A stretch of DNA of 64,000 nucleotides from positions 46,623 through 110,622 of the forward strand of contig CAVPXM010000047.1 of assembly GCA_963709405.1 (NCBI GenBank), given 5' to 3'. The stretch comes from an uncultured Nitrososphaerales archaeon (lineage in GTDB: Archaea; Thermoproteota; Nitrososphaeria; Nitrososphaerales; Nitrososphaeraceae). Below are positions 10,945 to 20,836 of this stretch, one piece after another. Under the pieces are notes generated by a model. The model was not told the origin of the DNA, made no database searches, and was given only the letters and a program-made list of their open reading frames with translations. The stretch's first letter is position 1, and the number at the start of each line of letters is the position of its first letter. Position numbers and translations under genes: made by a program.

Positions 10945-11880
10945 TCAAGCGTAAATATATCTTGAGCTTAATTTCAATAATCTATTATTTGTCAAAAAAG
11001 AACACTCTCTCAACTCGTGCTTCAGAGCGTCCTTAATCACGAAGAGCTGTAGAACAAACAGTGATTGTAGCAACACATTGAGAAAATTCTGAGGCGAACA
11101 ATCAAAATCACATATTGTAATATTCAATCCGGTATAACCAGCCCGAAATAGCTTGGGTTTTCTGAAAAAATTGCTTCCGTTATCAAGTATTATTATCCGA
11201 TCCGTCTTTCTAACCCCAAAAATTGGTGCATGAAAAAACTCGTCTACAGTATATGGATAAGATCTTATTCCGATAACTTCGTTTACCTTTAATGCCCCGT
11301 AAATAGCAATGGGGAACAAAATACCACTGCCCAGAATTATGTACGAACTAAAATTTCGTGCACTAATAATCTTGCTGCTTATTTTGTCCGCCACTTCAAA
11401 AATGGAGGTTAGATCAGGTAGTCGATCAATTCTCCTGAGAAGCGAGAGACAGGCGAGAACACAAGCACTAAACCCTACCGAGCCAGAAGTAGTGATGCCC
11501 GTACTTCGATAGTTTAGCTCAATCACTTCATCGCAAATGTTTGCTAGTTTACTCTTGGGATACCTAGTAATGGCAACGGTTTTTACATTCTTCCTTTTTG
11601 CGAGTCTTGCTGCCAAAATATTATCGAGCGTGTTCCCAGAAATCGATATAAAATATGCAGTCTTGTTTTTTAGGATATCAGGATCAGCCAATATGTCAGT
11701 GGGGAAACATGATCGTGCCATATGACTGGAAGCATACTGTGCAATAAGGGCTGCTACATGAGAGTCTCCCGATCCGACGAACAGGCAATTTTCAGCTCTA
11801 TCGGAAATCTTGAGATTCAATCCGATAAGGTCTTCCAGTTGATACCTTACTTCAATGTACATCGCGAGAAGGGAATCCAT
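10945..11880 (-). CDS. SIS-domain sugar isomerase (GlmS/AgaS-like)
   Basis: FVGSGDS, ISISGNT, GALKVNE and EFFHAP motifs. Confidence 0.85.
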   Translation of the reverse strand: MDSLLAMYIEVRYQLEDLIGLNLKISDRAENCLFVGSGDSHVAALIAQYASSHMARSCFPTDILADPDILKNKTAYFISISGNTLDNILAARLAKRKNVKTVAITRYPKSKLANICDEVIELNYRSTGITTSGSVGFSACVLACLSLLRRIDRLPDLTSIFEVADKISSKIISARNFSSYIILGSGILFPIAIYGALKVNEVIGIRSYPYTVDEFFHAPIFGVRKTDRIIILDNGSNFFRKPKLFRAGYTGLNITICDFDCSPQNFLNVLLQSLFVLQLFVIKDALKHELRECSFLTNNRLLKLSSRYIYA

Positions 11881-12034
11881 GAGAAGGTAATTATACATCC
11901 TCCATTTATGATTTTCATGAATGTGAATTTTTTAGGTTGAATTGATCGGGCCCATTCCATAACCCGTTAGTCAGCGACTTTGCTTGGCTTAAAATAAGAC
12001 AAGAATATTTAGTACTAAATCGATTAATGTAATT

Positions 12035-12460
12035 ATGGTTAATTACTATCAAATCTTACAGGTTAATCCTTCTGCAACACCGAATGAAATAAAACAGTCC
12101 TTCCGCAATCTAGCACTAAAATATCATCCTGACAAGAACAAGAATTCTGAGGATTCAAAAGAGAAATTTATGCAAATCATAGAGGCTTATGAAGTCCTTT
12201 CTGACGAGTACGCAAGGAAGAGGTATGATTTTGCTAATTCGCAAAGTCGATCTAACCAAGTTGGCCAAAGATGGGTGCCTTCAGCAGATTTCCATAAAGT
12301 CTATAGCTATTCAGAAATAAAAAAACAATATGCAAGTAACGGGATAACTGGCGGGATGTGGGACATAAATGAAAGAACTAGCAGTGGGTTGTGGAAGGCT
12401 ACGATGGTTTTATTTGGAGGCCTTGCAGTTATGGTGACGATTATAATCCTGTCTCATTGA
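12035..12460 (+). CDS. J-domain protein with a C-terminal membrane anchor
   Basis: [18 protein letters not shown] and AYEVLSD; hydrophobic C-terminal helix. Confidence 0.9.
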   Translation: MVNYYQILQVNPSATPNEIKQSFRNLALKYHPDKNKNSEDSKEKFMQIIEAYEVLSDEYARKRYDFANSQSRSNQVGQRWVPSADFHKVYSYSEIKKQYASNGITGGMWDINERTSSGLWKATMVLFGGLAVMVTIIILSH

Positions 12461-12677
12461 TGCCAGTCAGTGTTAATGCTTCCTTAGCTCATTTTTTGAT
12501 CCGACCGAAAAGGCCGAGCTGATACTTACTATTTGGTCCTAGAAATAAGGTGATTTACTAAAGTTCCCTTGTCATGGCGTGTGTATGCCAAGAATGGGCG
12601 TTCCACATATTGTTCATCTTCAATTTAGGATTCGAGCTCAAAAGAATTAAAAGAGGTAACATGAAATTGTCTCTAAA

Positions 12678-12974
12678 ATGCGCGTAATCGCTATGGGAAG
12701 TCGTGTCTTTGTGACTAGTTTTCAACTAGCCGGTGTGGAAGGAATTAAGGTATCTTCTTCTGCTCAAATATTAGGCGAAATTAACAAATTAAGATCATCC
12801 GAGGACGTGGGCCTGATTCTTCTGAGTGATGACATGGCAAAGGAGATTCGGTTTCAACTTACTGATATGAGATCAAAAAGACCTATTCCTCTAATTTTCG
12901 AATTACCAGCTCCTGGGAGCACGAAACAAAGCGTCGATTACAGAGCTTTACTTAAGCAGATCTTGGGTGTCTAG
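12678..12974 (+). CDS. atpF: A/V-type ATP synthase subunit F
   Basis: 98 aa; IAMGS...FQLAGV, DVGLILLS, PLIFELP and C-terminal LKQILGV. Confidence 0.9.
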   Translation: MRVIAMGSRVFVTSFQLAGVEGIKVSSSAQILGEINKLRSSEDVGLILLSDDMAKEIRFQLTDMRSKRPIPLIFELPAPGSTKQSVDYRALLKQILGV

Positions 12975-13003
12975 TTCTGTATAAGTTTAATTCCATCATC
13001 TAA

Positions 13004-13789
13004 TTATTGACTGGCATATCTCCAATGAGCTCCCTTCCTCCCGAATATTAGATAAGCTGTATGTCCCACCATCCTCATCGATGGTCTTGTCATTCCTTCC
13101 CTCGCCTCAATGGTTCTTATTAACACTTCACTACAATCGATATCCACATAATCATTATTTTGAAGTGCTATAGCAGTTTTTTCGACCTGATTAATTGTGG
13201 GACAAATCGCTACAAAAGCTCCACTTTGTTTTAATGCCTCGTAAACCTGTACAACTACCGTCCACGGGTCGCCTAGGTCAACTATTGCTACGTCAAAATC
13301 CTTCTCATTGATTCCCTGCCTGGCGTCAAGTTCAATAAGTGTCACAAATTCCGACATACCAGCCTTGCTTAAATTTCGCTTTGCAATAACTATTGAATCA
13401 TGGTTAATATCATAAGAGTAAATGTGACCGGTCGGCTTAACTATACTAGCGAGGAATGTGGTCAAAGCTCCACTTCCGGTTCCAACCTCAAGAACCTGCG
13501 ATCCATTCATCAGTCCAGTTCTTACGACAATATACCCGAGATCTTTTGGATACACAATTTGCGTTCGCCGTTCTGATTTCATTATAAAATCGTGCATTGT
13601 GGGCTTGATGAGATAGATGACTTTGCCCAAGGGAGTCTCCAAAGCTGCTCCATAATCCATCCCAATTATTGATGGTATGTCTATAACTCCGAGATGAGTA
13701 TGCAGTTTTTTTTCTGATGTTACCTTAATTAGCCATTTCTTACTTCGATTATGAAATAACAGTACGTAGGATCCTTCTTCGATCTTCAT
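13004..13789 (-). CDS. trmI: tRNA (adenine57/58-N1)-methyltransferase TrmI
   Basis: RRTQIVYPKD, EVGTGSG, DLGDPW and TRPSMRMVGHTAY motifs. Confidence 0.95.
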   Translation of the reverse strand: MKIEEGSYVLLFHNRSKKWLIKVTSEKKLHTHLGVIDIPSIIGMDYGAALETPLGKVIYLIKPTMHDFIMKSERRTQIVYPKDLGYIVVRTGLMNGSQVLEVGTGSGALTTFLASIVKPTGHIYSYDINHDSIVIAKRNLSKAGMSEFVTLIELDARQGINEKDFDVAIVDLGDPWTVVVQVYEALKQSGAFVAICPTINQVEKTAIALQNNDYVDIDCSEVLIRTIEAREGMTRPSMRMVGHTAYLIFGRKGAHWRYASQ

Positions 13790-14020
13790 ACATGGTTCTC
13801 GAGCTAGTTTTAGATGATAAAAATCTTCGTTATTATTATGTGGAGATACGCAATATCAAAATTGGGTATTTGATGATAATCTGTTTTTACGAGATGAACA
13901 TGACAGATAAACCACAGATTAATATTTCATTTTGAATATCCAGCGAATTAAATACCTTCCAATATTAGATAATTCGGATTTTTTATACTAATAAATTAAC
14001 TTGGCAATCTAATCCGAACT

Positions 14021-14536
14021 CTATCCACCGGTTAATCTAATAAACCTATTCTCTTTGCCTAAATGCTTGCCGGCAATAGCAGCATAATCTAAATTTGCTA
14101 GTGCTATATTAGCTGATTTTCTCACCTCCTCATTGGTGTCATTCAATGCACCATTTAGAACATCTCTAGCCTTTTCAGAGCCTATAACTCCTAATGCAAT
14201 TGCTGCTTCGTGTCGTACAAAGAAACTGGGATCTGACTCGACTGCATTGGTTAGAGGTTCAATTGCACTTGTAAAACCCAGTTGTCCCAGGGAGAAAGCT
14301 GCTTCGTGTCTGACCAGTGGCTCTACATCTGTTCTAAGAACCTTGCTAATCTCCTCAACTGCTAATTCAGTTGCAATATCGGCTAAAATACAAACAGCTC
14401 TCGTTCGAATTACTATATCTTGGTGATTGAGAAGCTGCACAAAGTATTTTTCATTACTATTTTCATACTGTCGTTCCATCTCCGATAGCGTATTCATCCT
14501 ATTATTCACCGCGTTGGTTGAGTTGAAAGCATTCAT
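14021..14536 (-). CDS. HEAT-repeat protein with two His-Glu motifs (resembles half of deoxyhypusine hydroxylase)
   Basis: LVRHEAAFSLGQLG and FVRHEAAIALGVIG; four HEAT repeats. Confidence 0.8.
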   Translation of the reverse strand: MNAFNSTNAVNNRMNTLSEMERQYENSNEKYFVQLLNHQDIVIRTRAVCILADIATELAVEEISKVLRTDVEPLVRHEAAFSLGQLGFTSAIEPLTNAVESDPSFFVRHEAAIALGVIGSEKARDVLNGALNDTNEEVRKSANIALANLDYAAIAGKHLGKENRFIRLTGG

Positions 14537-14639
14537 AATTTCTGTCTAGGTCATTATGAGCGCTTATTTTTTTGTTCCGATATACCTATTTTGAATTAGC
14601 TCGACGATTTTATAAGGACCAAAATTAGATAATATAAAG

Positions 14640-15101
14640 ATGCGAATAAGATATTGGAGATTAGGGATATCAGAGGTTTTAAAAGCTAGATATCCAGTTG
14701 ACAAAGTAAATCATTGGGAAATTAAATGCATGTTGGGTGAGTATCAACACTTTGGGGTGTTCTGGTACAAATATGGTACTCCATTTGACAAGGAGCTTAT
14801 TCCAGGAATATGTTTTTATTACAATGAGATTCCTGATACGACAGTGCAAGAAATCGTTCAATTGTTGCATGACAAATTTGGAGGCGATATTCTATATCGA
14901 CAAACTAGAGTTTTCTTACGTGGCTCGCGAGAATTTGCTGCATCTGACCAAGTCGGCATGCTAGCAAATCAATTGAGTCTCAAATTCAACTCTCCAGTCG
15001 AAATCAGTATTGAATTTGAAAAGATTACCGAGGAAGAAAAGCAGCAGAATTCTTTGAGCCTACCAACCACTAAAGCATTACCAATTGTAGGTCCAGATTA
15101 G
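14640..15101 (+). CDS. Hypothetical protein
   Basis: 153-aa ATG ORF with protein-like composition; TTTATAA element about 25 nt upstream (leaderless geometry); divergent from the HEAT gene. Confidence 0.75.
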   Translation: MRIRYWRLGISEVLKARYPVDKVNHWEIKCMLGEYQHFGVFWYKYGTPFDKELIPGICFYYNEIPDTTVQEIVQLLHDKFGGDILYRQTRVFLRGSREFAASDQVGMLANQLSLKFNSPVEISIEFEKITEEEKQQNSLSLPTTKALPIVGPD

Positions 15102-15233
15102 ATTAGTATCAGGTTTTTTCAAAATTCAACTGCTGAAAAGCACTATTCTGAAGTCCGGCTTCACGTCTGTCGTAAATCTGGCATACAACACATCCGTACT
15201 CTAAGCCCTACTCTAGTTGCAATATTGATATAG

Positions 15234-15731
15234 GTGAAAATGGTAGGGGGTGGTGAATCAATGGACGATTTATCATTAAGGGAAGCAATTCTTCTATTGC
15301 AGGATTCCAAGGTCGGGGAGTTTAATCTTTGGCGATTTAAGAATTTAACTGTAAAGGTCGACCTAAGTGACATGGATTTTTCAGGTAAAGATCTGTCTGG
15401 GGCCCGTCTAAATGGAGCAATTTGTGCTCGTTCCGATTTTTCTGGTTGCAACCTTTCTCACATAAACCTCGTGCAAGCCGATCTTACAGATGCCAATTTT
15501 ACAAAAGCAGATCTCACTGGAGCAATCCTAATCCTAGCCGAAATGGATCGATGTACTCTGATTGACGCTAATTTGACAGGGACTAATTTAATGGGCGTGA
15601 GGCTAACAAATGCCAACTTGTCTGGCAGTAAGATGATACGTACGATCTTGGTAGAAGCAGATCTTATGAATACTAACATAAGTGTAGAAGGAAAGAGTCA
15701 AGCCTATACTAAATACGCAAAGTTCTCGTGA
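15234..15731 (+). CDS. Pentapeptide repeat protein
   Basis: A(D/N)LxxA(D/N)L periodicity (ADLTDANFTKADLTGA). Confidence 0.92.
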   Translation: MKMVGGGESMDDLSLREAILLLQDSKVGEFNLWRFKNLTVKVDLSDMDFSGKDLSGARLNGAICARSDFSGCNLSHINLVQADLTDANFTKADLTGAILILAEMDRCTLIDANLTGTNLMGVRLTNANLSGSKMIRTILVEADLMNTNISVEGKSQAYTKYAKFS

Positions 15732-16371
15732 ATATTAGTCTCAGAAGTTGTGTTCATATAAATGAATGCTATTGGCAGCAGTTTTCTTTAACTTAATATG
15801 TATCAAATGTCTTATCTAAATCATCAATCTGAAATATTAATAACATATTTTATATTCTTGAGGCAATCATGTTATGAAGCAGTTCGTTGAAAGCCATTTG
15901 AAATTGTGAAAAGTGTCTAGCATTTTTAGGTTTGATAAGTGGCATCAAGGGTCGATGCATGGCATTCATACTAATCCCCGCCTTAATTTCGCTAATCGAG
16001 CATGTTATAATGGCGACGAAAAAATTTAGCATACGATGGTTAGTTTCGACGAAGTTAGGGGTCCTCCTAATTGATAATACCTGTGACCACCACTTGATTA
16101 CCGAGATCAAAATAGTAAAACCGAGTCTAATTCGTTTTCAGACCGCTGCACCGCAGGTCGCACAGAATTCGAATATTAAACTTGAAATGCTGCCTTCTAC
16201 AAATTCGCCATATCCGAAAGGCTAGATCAAGTACTTTACTCTAAGTCATAAACCTTCCAGAATGGGAGGCAGTTTTCTTACCTGATGATCGCTTTATTGG
16301 TATAAAACATTCGTGCCACTTCCGTTCTTTTCTCTGACAGTACAATAGAGAAGATTTATTCTAAGGCGGAT

Positions 16372-17229
16372 CTAACAATCCAAGATCTCTGCCATTATAA
16401 GGCCTTGAATTGTTTGTTTAACATCGTGCGTCCTGATAATATTCGCCCCATTCTTCGCGGACTTGATTTCAGCAACAATAGAGGGAATAAGACGATCTTG
16501 TGTTCTGGAATTTAATAAATGACCGATAAATGACTTTCTCGATACTGAGATGCATATAGGCTTTTGCAAACTTTTCAATTGCCTTAAATTTAGAATCGCC
16601 TCTATATCTCGAATATAGAATACCCGATCCTGAATCTTGGTAAAGAATGGATTCTTACCTTCACTTCTAAAGAATCCAATTGATGGATCAACAATCATCT
16701 TATCCTCAGCAATTTTGGCTCCTCTGGCTATTGCTAAACTTTCTTGCAAGAATTTTTTTGTTGCAGAAATTCGCCAAAAAGAGTGGAGCAAGGGGCCGCC
16801 GTATGCGCCAAGGATTATAGGTTTTTTTGAATCTGCTACTATCGTAGCCATATTTGCATCATATTTAAGCCCAGAAATGTCATTAATGGCATCGGCACCA
16901 GCTTTGATGGCTTCTCTTGCGACCGCTGCCCTTGGTGTGTCGGCTAGGACAGGCACGTTACAACTAATTTTTACTGCTTTGACTGCGCCAACCATCCGCT
17001 TTACTTCTTGATGAAGTGGGATGACAGTCTGTAGATAAGGCGCGGTAGACATCGCACCTATATCTATTAAGCTTGCTCCCATATCCTCCATAACCTGCGC
17101 CATTTTCGCTATATCTTTAAAATTGGTTACCACAGATCGCTTGTAAAACGATTCAGGGCTCACATTAATAATCCCCATTACCCTCACAGGTGCATTATCA
17201 CCTACGCGCAGTCGTCCTATATTGGTCAT
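16372..17229 (-). CDS. folP: Dihydropteroate synthase
   Basis: MGIINVSPESF, IDIGAMST, INDISG, SRKSFIG and IRTHDV motifs. Confidence 0.95.
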   Translation of the reverse strand: MTNIGRLRVGDNAPVRVMGIINVSPESFYKRSVVTNFKDIAKMAQVMEDMGASLIDIGAMSTAPYLQTVIPLHQEVKRMVGAVKAVKISCNVPVLADTPRAAVAREAIKAGADAINDISGLKYDANMATIVADSKKPIILGAYGGPLLHSFWRISATKKFLQESLAIARGAKIAEDKMIVDPSIGFFRSEGKNPFFTKIQDRVFYIRDIEAILNLRQLKSLQKPICISVSRKSFIGHLLNSRTQDRLIPSIVAEIKSAKNGANIIRTHDVKQTIQGLIMAEILDC

Positions 17230-17419
17230 TTATTTGGTACCAAAACATAGTTCACCATTGTTTTTTTATTTAAACAACCTTGCATGTTGATAATATTTAA
17301 TTTCCCCAAGATTAATATAGCACTTGCCATATCCCTCTTGATAAAATAGGCCTATGATACGCCTCGTAATACAGCTTGACATTTTAAGTTCATTCCACTG
17401 TGAATTATTGTTTAACTAG

Positions 17420-20116
17420 ATGGCAATATGGTGGGTATACTCAATGGTCAGAACGCTTGACAAGACGCACACCGTTCTCTCCTATATTGAGGGCAGCCTT
17501 AAAAATGTGACGATAGTTAGCGGTCAAAACAAACACCTAGGGCTCATTTTTTCTCTGTTAAATCCGCCGGTTCCATTAGGTGGAAACATTGTCTCACTTG
17601 ATATATATGTTGACGAAATACCGATTGCAAAGAAATCGATCTTTGTGGCTACTTCAGATGATGTTGTCAATGCATCGAGTATCTCAGAAAATAGGCCTAT
17701 ATCGTTTAGACCATATCAAAGTGCCAGGTTTTTGATCACAAGGGAGGAAATGTTAGATAGAACCAGGAAACATAAAATAGTCATACTCAGTAAGCTCGAA
17801 GGATTTGAGCAAATAATTATCCCCTTTACGTTTAGTGACCATGTCGGAGATCAGAGGGAGAGAATATTTATTCCATCGAATCTTTTCGATGAAACGAATT
17901 TTGCTACTGATAGCGAGGACACTATTTTTAAGAATTTTATGAGTCCATTAATTCTCTCTGGAAAAAAAGCATATATTGTGTGTTCATCAAACGCAAATGT
18001 TTCAGCTAACTGGACATGGATGGGAGCAAGATATGATAATGGCGGGCTCTATGTTCCTCCAGTACGAGCATTTGGAAGGATTAACGTAGAGATATCCAGC
18101 GAAGTTGAAGTACGCAAAAGGCTTCCGAATTTTGTTGCTTCGTCCAGACATGAAAATGGAGTTCTCTACACAAGACATGAAGTATCTGGGTTGCAGGTTA
18201 GAAGAACATTATTTGTGCCTTTAAGTAACAGAGGATTTGTTATGCGGCTTGAGATATCAGACAAAACCTTAGATTTTAAAAAACTAGGATTAAGGAGAAA
18301 AATCGGTAGATCACGAAGAAAAATAAGAATTCACTTTTTGATAGATGGCAATATAACAAGTTATGGTTTGGCGGCAATCTCGCAACATAACTCTTCAGAA
18401 CTGATCGAAGGAGAGTATTGCCTTCTTTTACAAACTGCTGCAAGAAGAGACATAGCACATTATTTTGGAACAATAGGGGTTTATCCTAAAACTTTGAAAC
18501 CTTCTAAGGTTCTGACAGATTCCTTTGATAACGATTTGGAGATCTCTTACGACTTGGAAATCGAACCAGGTGAGAATGTTGAGCTTGCGTTGGTAGCAAC
18601 TGGAAGTTATATCAGTGCTCAAGATTGTGTTAAAGAATACAAATATCTAAGAGATAATTATCAACGACTGTTACAAGATACCGAGATGCATTTCAGAGGT
18701 TTGTCTTCTTCTCTCCTTCATATTCAATCCACGCAACATCAGAATTCCACCTTTTTGAAACTTATCAAGGCCTATGAAAAGGCCAGAATGAGTATGGAGT
18801 ATTTAAAGGCTGATTATGATGAACTAGGTCCTGGCATTTGTGCAGGTCTTCCTCGTTTTCCAAACTATTGGGCTCGAGATACTGGTTGGTCATTGAGAGG
18901 GTATCTCTCTCTTGGGGATTACGATTTCGTGTTAGAAGTAATAGAAAATTTTTTTAAGCACCAAGCGCGAAGAACGACCAGAGCAGCAACTCGAGGCGAA
19001 CTTCCGATGATAATTAGTGGTAAGGCGTTTCTTCACAATACTACTTTTGGATCAGCCGATTCTACTTTTTTGTTTCCCTGGATAATTCGAGAATATGTTT
19101 ACTCTACAGGAAATGTCAAGTACCTTAGAAATAGATGGAGAAACATAATTGACCTCGTAAATTGGGGTTTTTCAAAAGATCTAGACGATGACGGGCTGAT
19201 TGAACATGGGTTTAGTGGAATTGCTGAGAAACTTCCTATCCAAGATTCGACATGGATGGATCATATCGATCGAAGAAAGAGTGCAAATGATGTTCAAGCT
19301 CTTTTTTATGAAAGCCTGAAAATTGGCACTGAACTAGCTATAATTGTTGGCGATAGCGGTAACGAAAAAAAGTGGTCAAACCATGCCAAACTATTACAGG
19401 ATCGCATCGATCGCGTATACTGGAACGAAAAAACTGGGTTCTATTATGATACCATTCGTAGGGATGGAAGCAAGGATTCAAGCATTAGACCGAATGCATT
19501 GATTCCCATACTAACAGGTGCAGTTAGCGAAAAGACCAAAGCTGAGTCCGTCCTGAGAAGGATCGAAAAGAGTGATTTGACTACTCCTTGGGGAGTGAGA
19601 ACGCTAAGCTCTCTCGATCCAAAGTACCATCCAACGCTATATCATGACGGGGCAGTCTGGCCACTTGTTACGGGATGGGCTGCAATAAGTGAAATCAAAT
19701 ATGGTAGGAGGGAACAGGCTCTGTATTATATAGAATCTATGGCTGAGAGGATTCTTTCAGAAAACGGAATGTTTGCTGAAACCTACCGCGGTGATAGACC
19801 TGAGCCCTTCAACTCGTGTATTCTGCAAGCATGGTCAGTTGGGATGTTTATCTATGCTTTGCGTGAAATGATGCTTGGCATGCAGATTGATATTACTAAA
19901 AATCGAATTCAGTTCGAACCTCAAATTCCTGAATCGTTAAAGAATAACTCAGCGCCAATCACTTTTGAACATACACTAATCGGAGCAGATGGGAAATGTA
20001 GGCTCTACATGATCCTAGACCCTATTCGTGATAAGTTGTCATTGAGCTTCAAGGGTAATAAACCAAAGAATATTCAATTGCAAAGCAGTACGCATTCAAT
20101 AGAAGTAGAAGACTAG
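17420..20116 (+). CDS. Amylo-alpha-1,6-glucosidase/glycogen-debranching-type (alpha/alpha)6 glycoside hydrolase with an extra N-terminal domain
   Basis: AGLPRFPNYWARD, SADST, STWMD, YHDGAVWP and QAWS motifs. Confidence 0.88.
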   Translation: MAIWWVYSMVRTLDKTHTVLSYIEGSLKNVTIVSGQNKHLGLIFSLLNPPVPLGGNIVSLDIYVDEIPIAKKSIFVATSDDVVNASSISENRPISFRPYQSARFLITREEMLDRTRKHKIVILSKLEGFEQIIIPFTFSDHVGDQRERIFIPSNLFDETNFATDSEDTIFKNFMSPLILSGKKAYIVCSSNANVSANWTWMGARYDNGGLYVPPVRAFGRINVEISSEVEVRKRLPNFVASSRHENGVLYTRHEVSGLQVRRTLFVPLSNRGFVMRLEISDKTLDFKKLGLRRKIGRSRRKIRIHFLIDGNITSYGLAAISQHNSSELIEGEYCLLLQTAARRDIAHYFGTIGVYPKTLKPSKVLTDSFDNDLEISYDLEIEPGENVELALVATGSYISAQDCVKEYKYLRDNYQRLLQDTEMHFRGLSSSLLHIQSTQHQNSTFLKLIKAYEKARMSMEYLKADYDELGPGICAGLPRFPNYWARDTGWSLRGYLSLGDYDFVLEVIENFFKHQARRTTRAATRGELPMIISGKAFLHNTTFGSADSTFLFPWIIREYVYSTGNVKYLRNRWRNIIDLVNWGFSKDLDDDGLIEHGFSGIAEKLPIQDSTWMDHIDRRKSANDVQALFYESLKIGTELAIIVGDSGNEKKWSNHAKLLQDRIDRVYWNEKTGFYYDTIRRDGSKDSSIRPNALIPILTGAVSEKTKAESVLRRIEKSDLTTPWGVRTLSSLDPKYHPTLYHDGAVWPLVTGWAAISEIKYGRREQALYYIESMAERILSENGMFAETYRGDRPEPFNSCILQAWSVGMFIYALREMMLGMQIDITKNRIQFEPQIPESLKNNSAPITFEHTLIGADGKCRLYMILDPIRDKLSLSFKGNKPKNIQLQSSTHSIEVED

Positions 20117-20238
20117 ATCGGATCCTACAGCGTTCCAGTTTTCTTGGGATATATATCAACGGCCTCTGGAAATTCATTTAGTTTTTGATGAATCAATGCA
20201 CAAAAAAGATTGTAAAATTATTCCAAAGAAACGGACAG

Positions 20239-20650
20239 CTATACTCTACGACCTCTTCGTCCTCCAGGTTTTCGGGTAGTATCATGAGGAATCGGAGTAA
20301 CATCGTCAATTCTACCGATTCGAAATCCTGCTCTCGCCAGCGCCCTAATAGCAGCTTGAGCGCCTGGACCTGGTATCCTGGGACCAACTCCTCCGACTGC
20401 TCTCACACGAATATGAAGTGCGTTTATGCCTTTTGTTTTAGCTATGTCTGCTCGCAGACACAGCAGACTTCATAGCTGCATAAGGCGATGATTCATACCT
20501 ATCAGCGGTAACATGCCTTCCTCCGGAGCTAAACGAGATTGTCTCTGCACCGCTGATATCGGTAATATGGACCAACGTATTATTATAGCTACTAAAAATA
20601 TGTGCTACTCCCCACTTAAATTTAAATAGATCTTCGGTTTCGCTACCCAC
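20239..20650 (-). CDS. rps11: 30S ribosomal protein S11; +1 frameshift near 20452
   Basis: [13 protein letters not shown] and SSPYAA; shifted frame gives [15 protein letters not shown] and [21 protein letters not shown] followed by TAG at 20239. Confidence 0.96.
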
Positions 20651-20836
20651 GCCTCTTTTTGATTGTCTGCAGTTATATTAACTTAAGCAGATAAGATGAT
20701 TTTGAAATTCTCTAGTATAAATGTAAGACGAGGTGTGACGCATGTTATTTGTTGGCAGAACATGAAAGGATGATTCTGTTCATCGCAATCGTTGAAATTG
20801 TAAAATATTATATGGTGTGGGCAAGCTAAAATTGCT

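Noticed and set aside
15850-16225. Overlapping ORFs in the 640-bp gap before folP, including an FCATCG motif on the minus strand
   Set aside because: No recognisable family; the CxxC frame has a stop just upstream and no start codon
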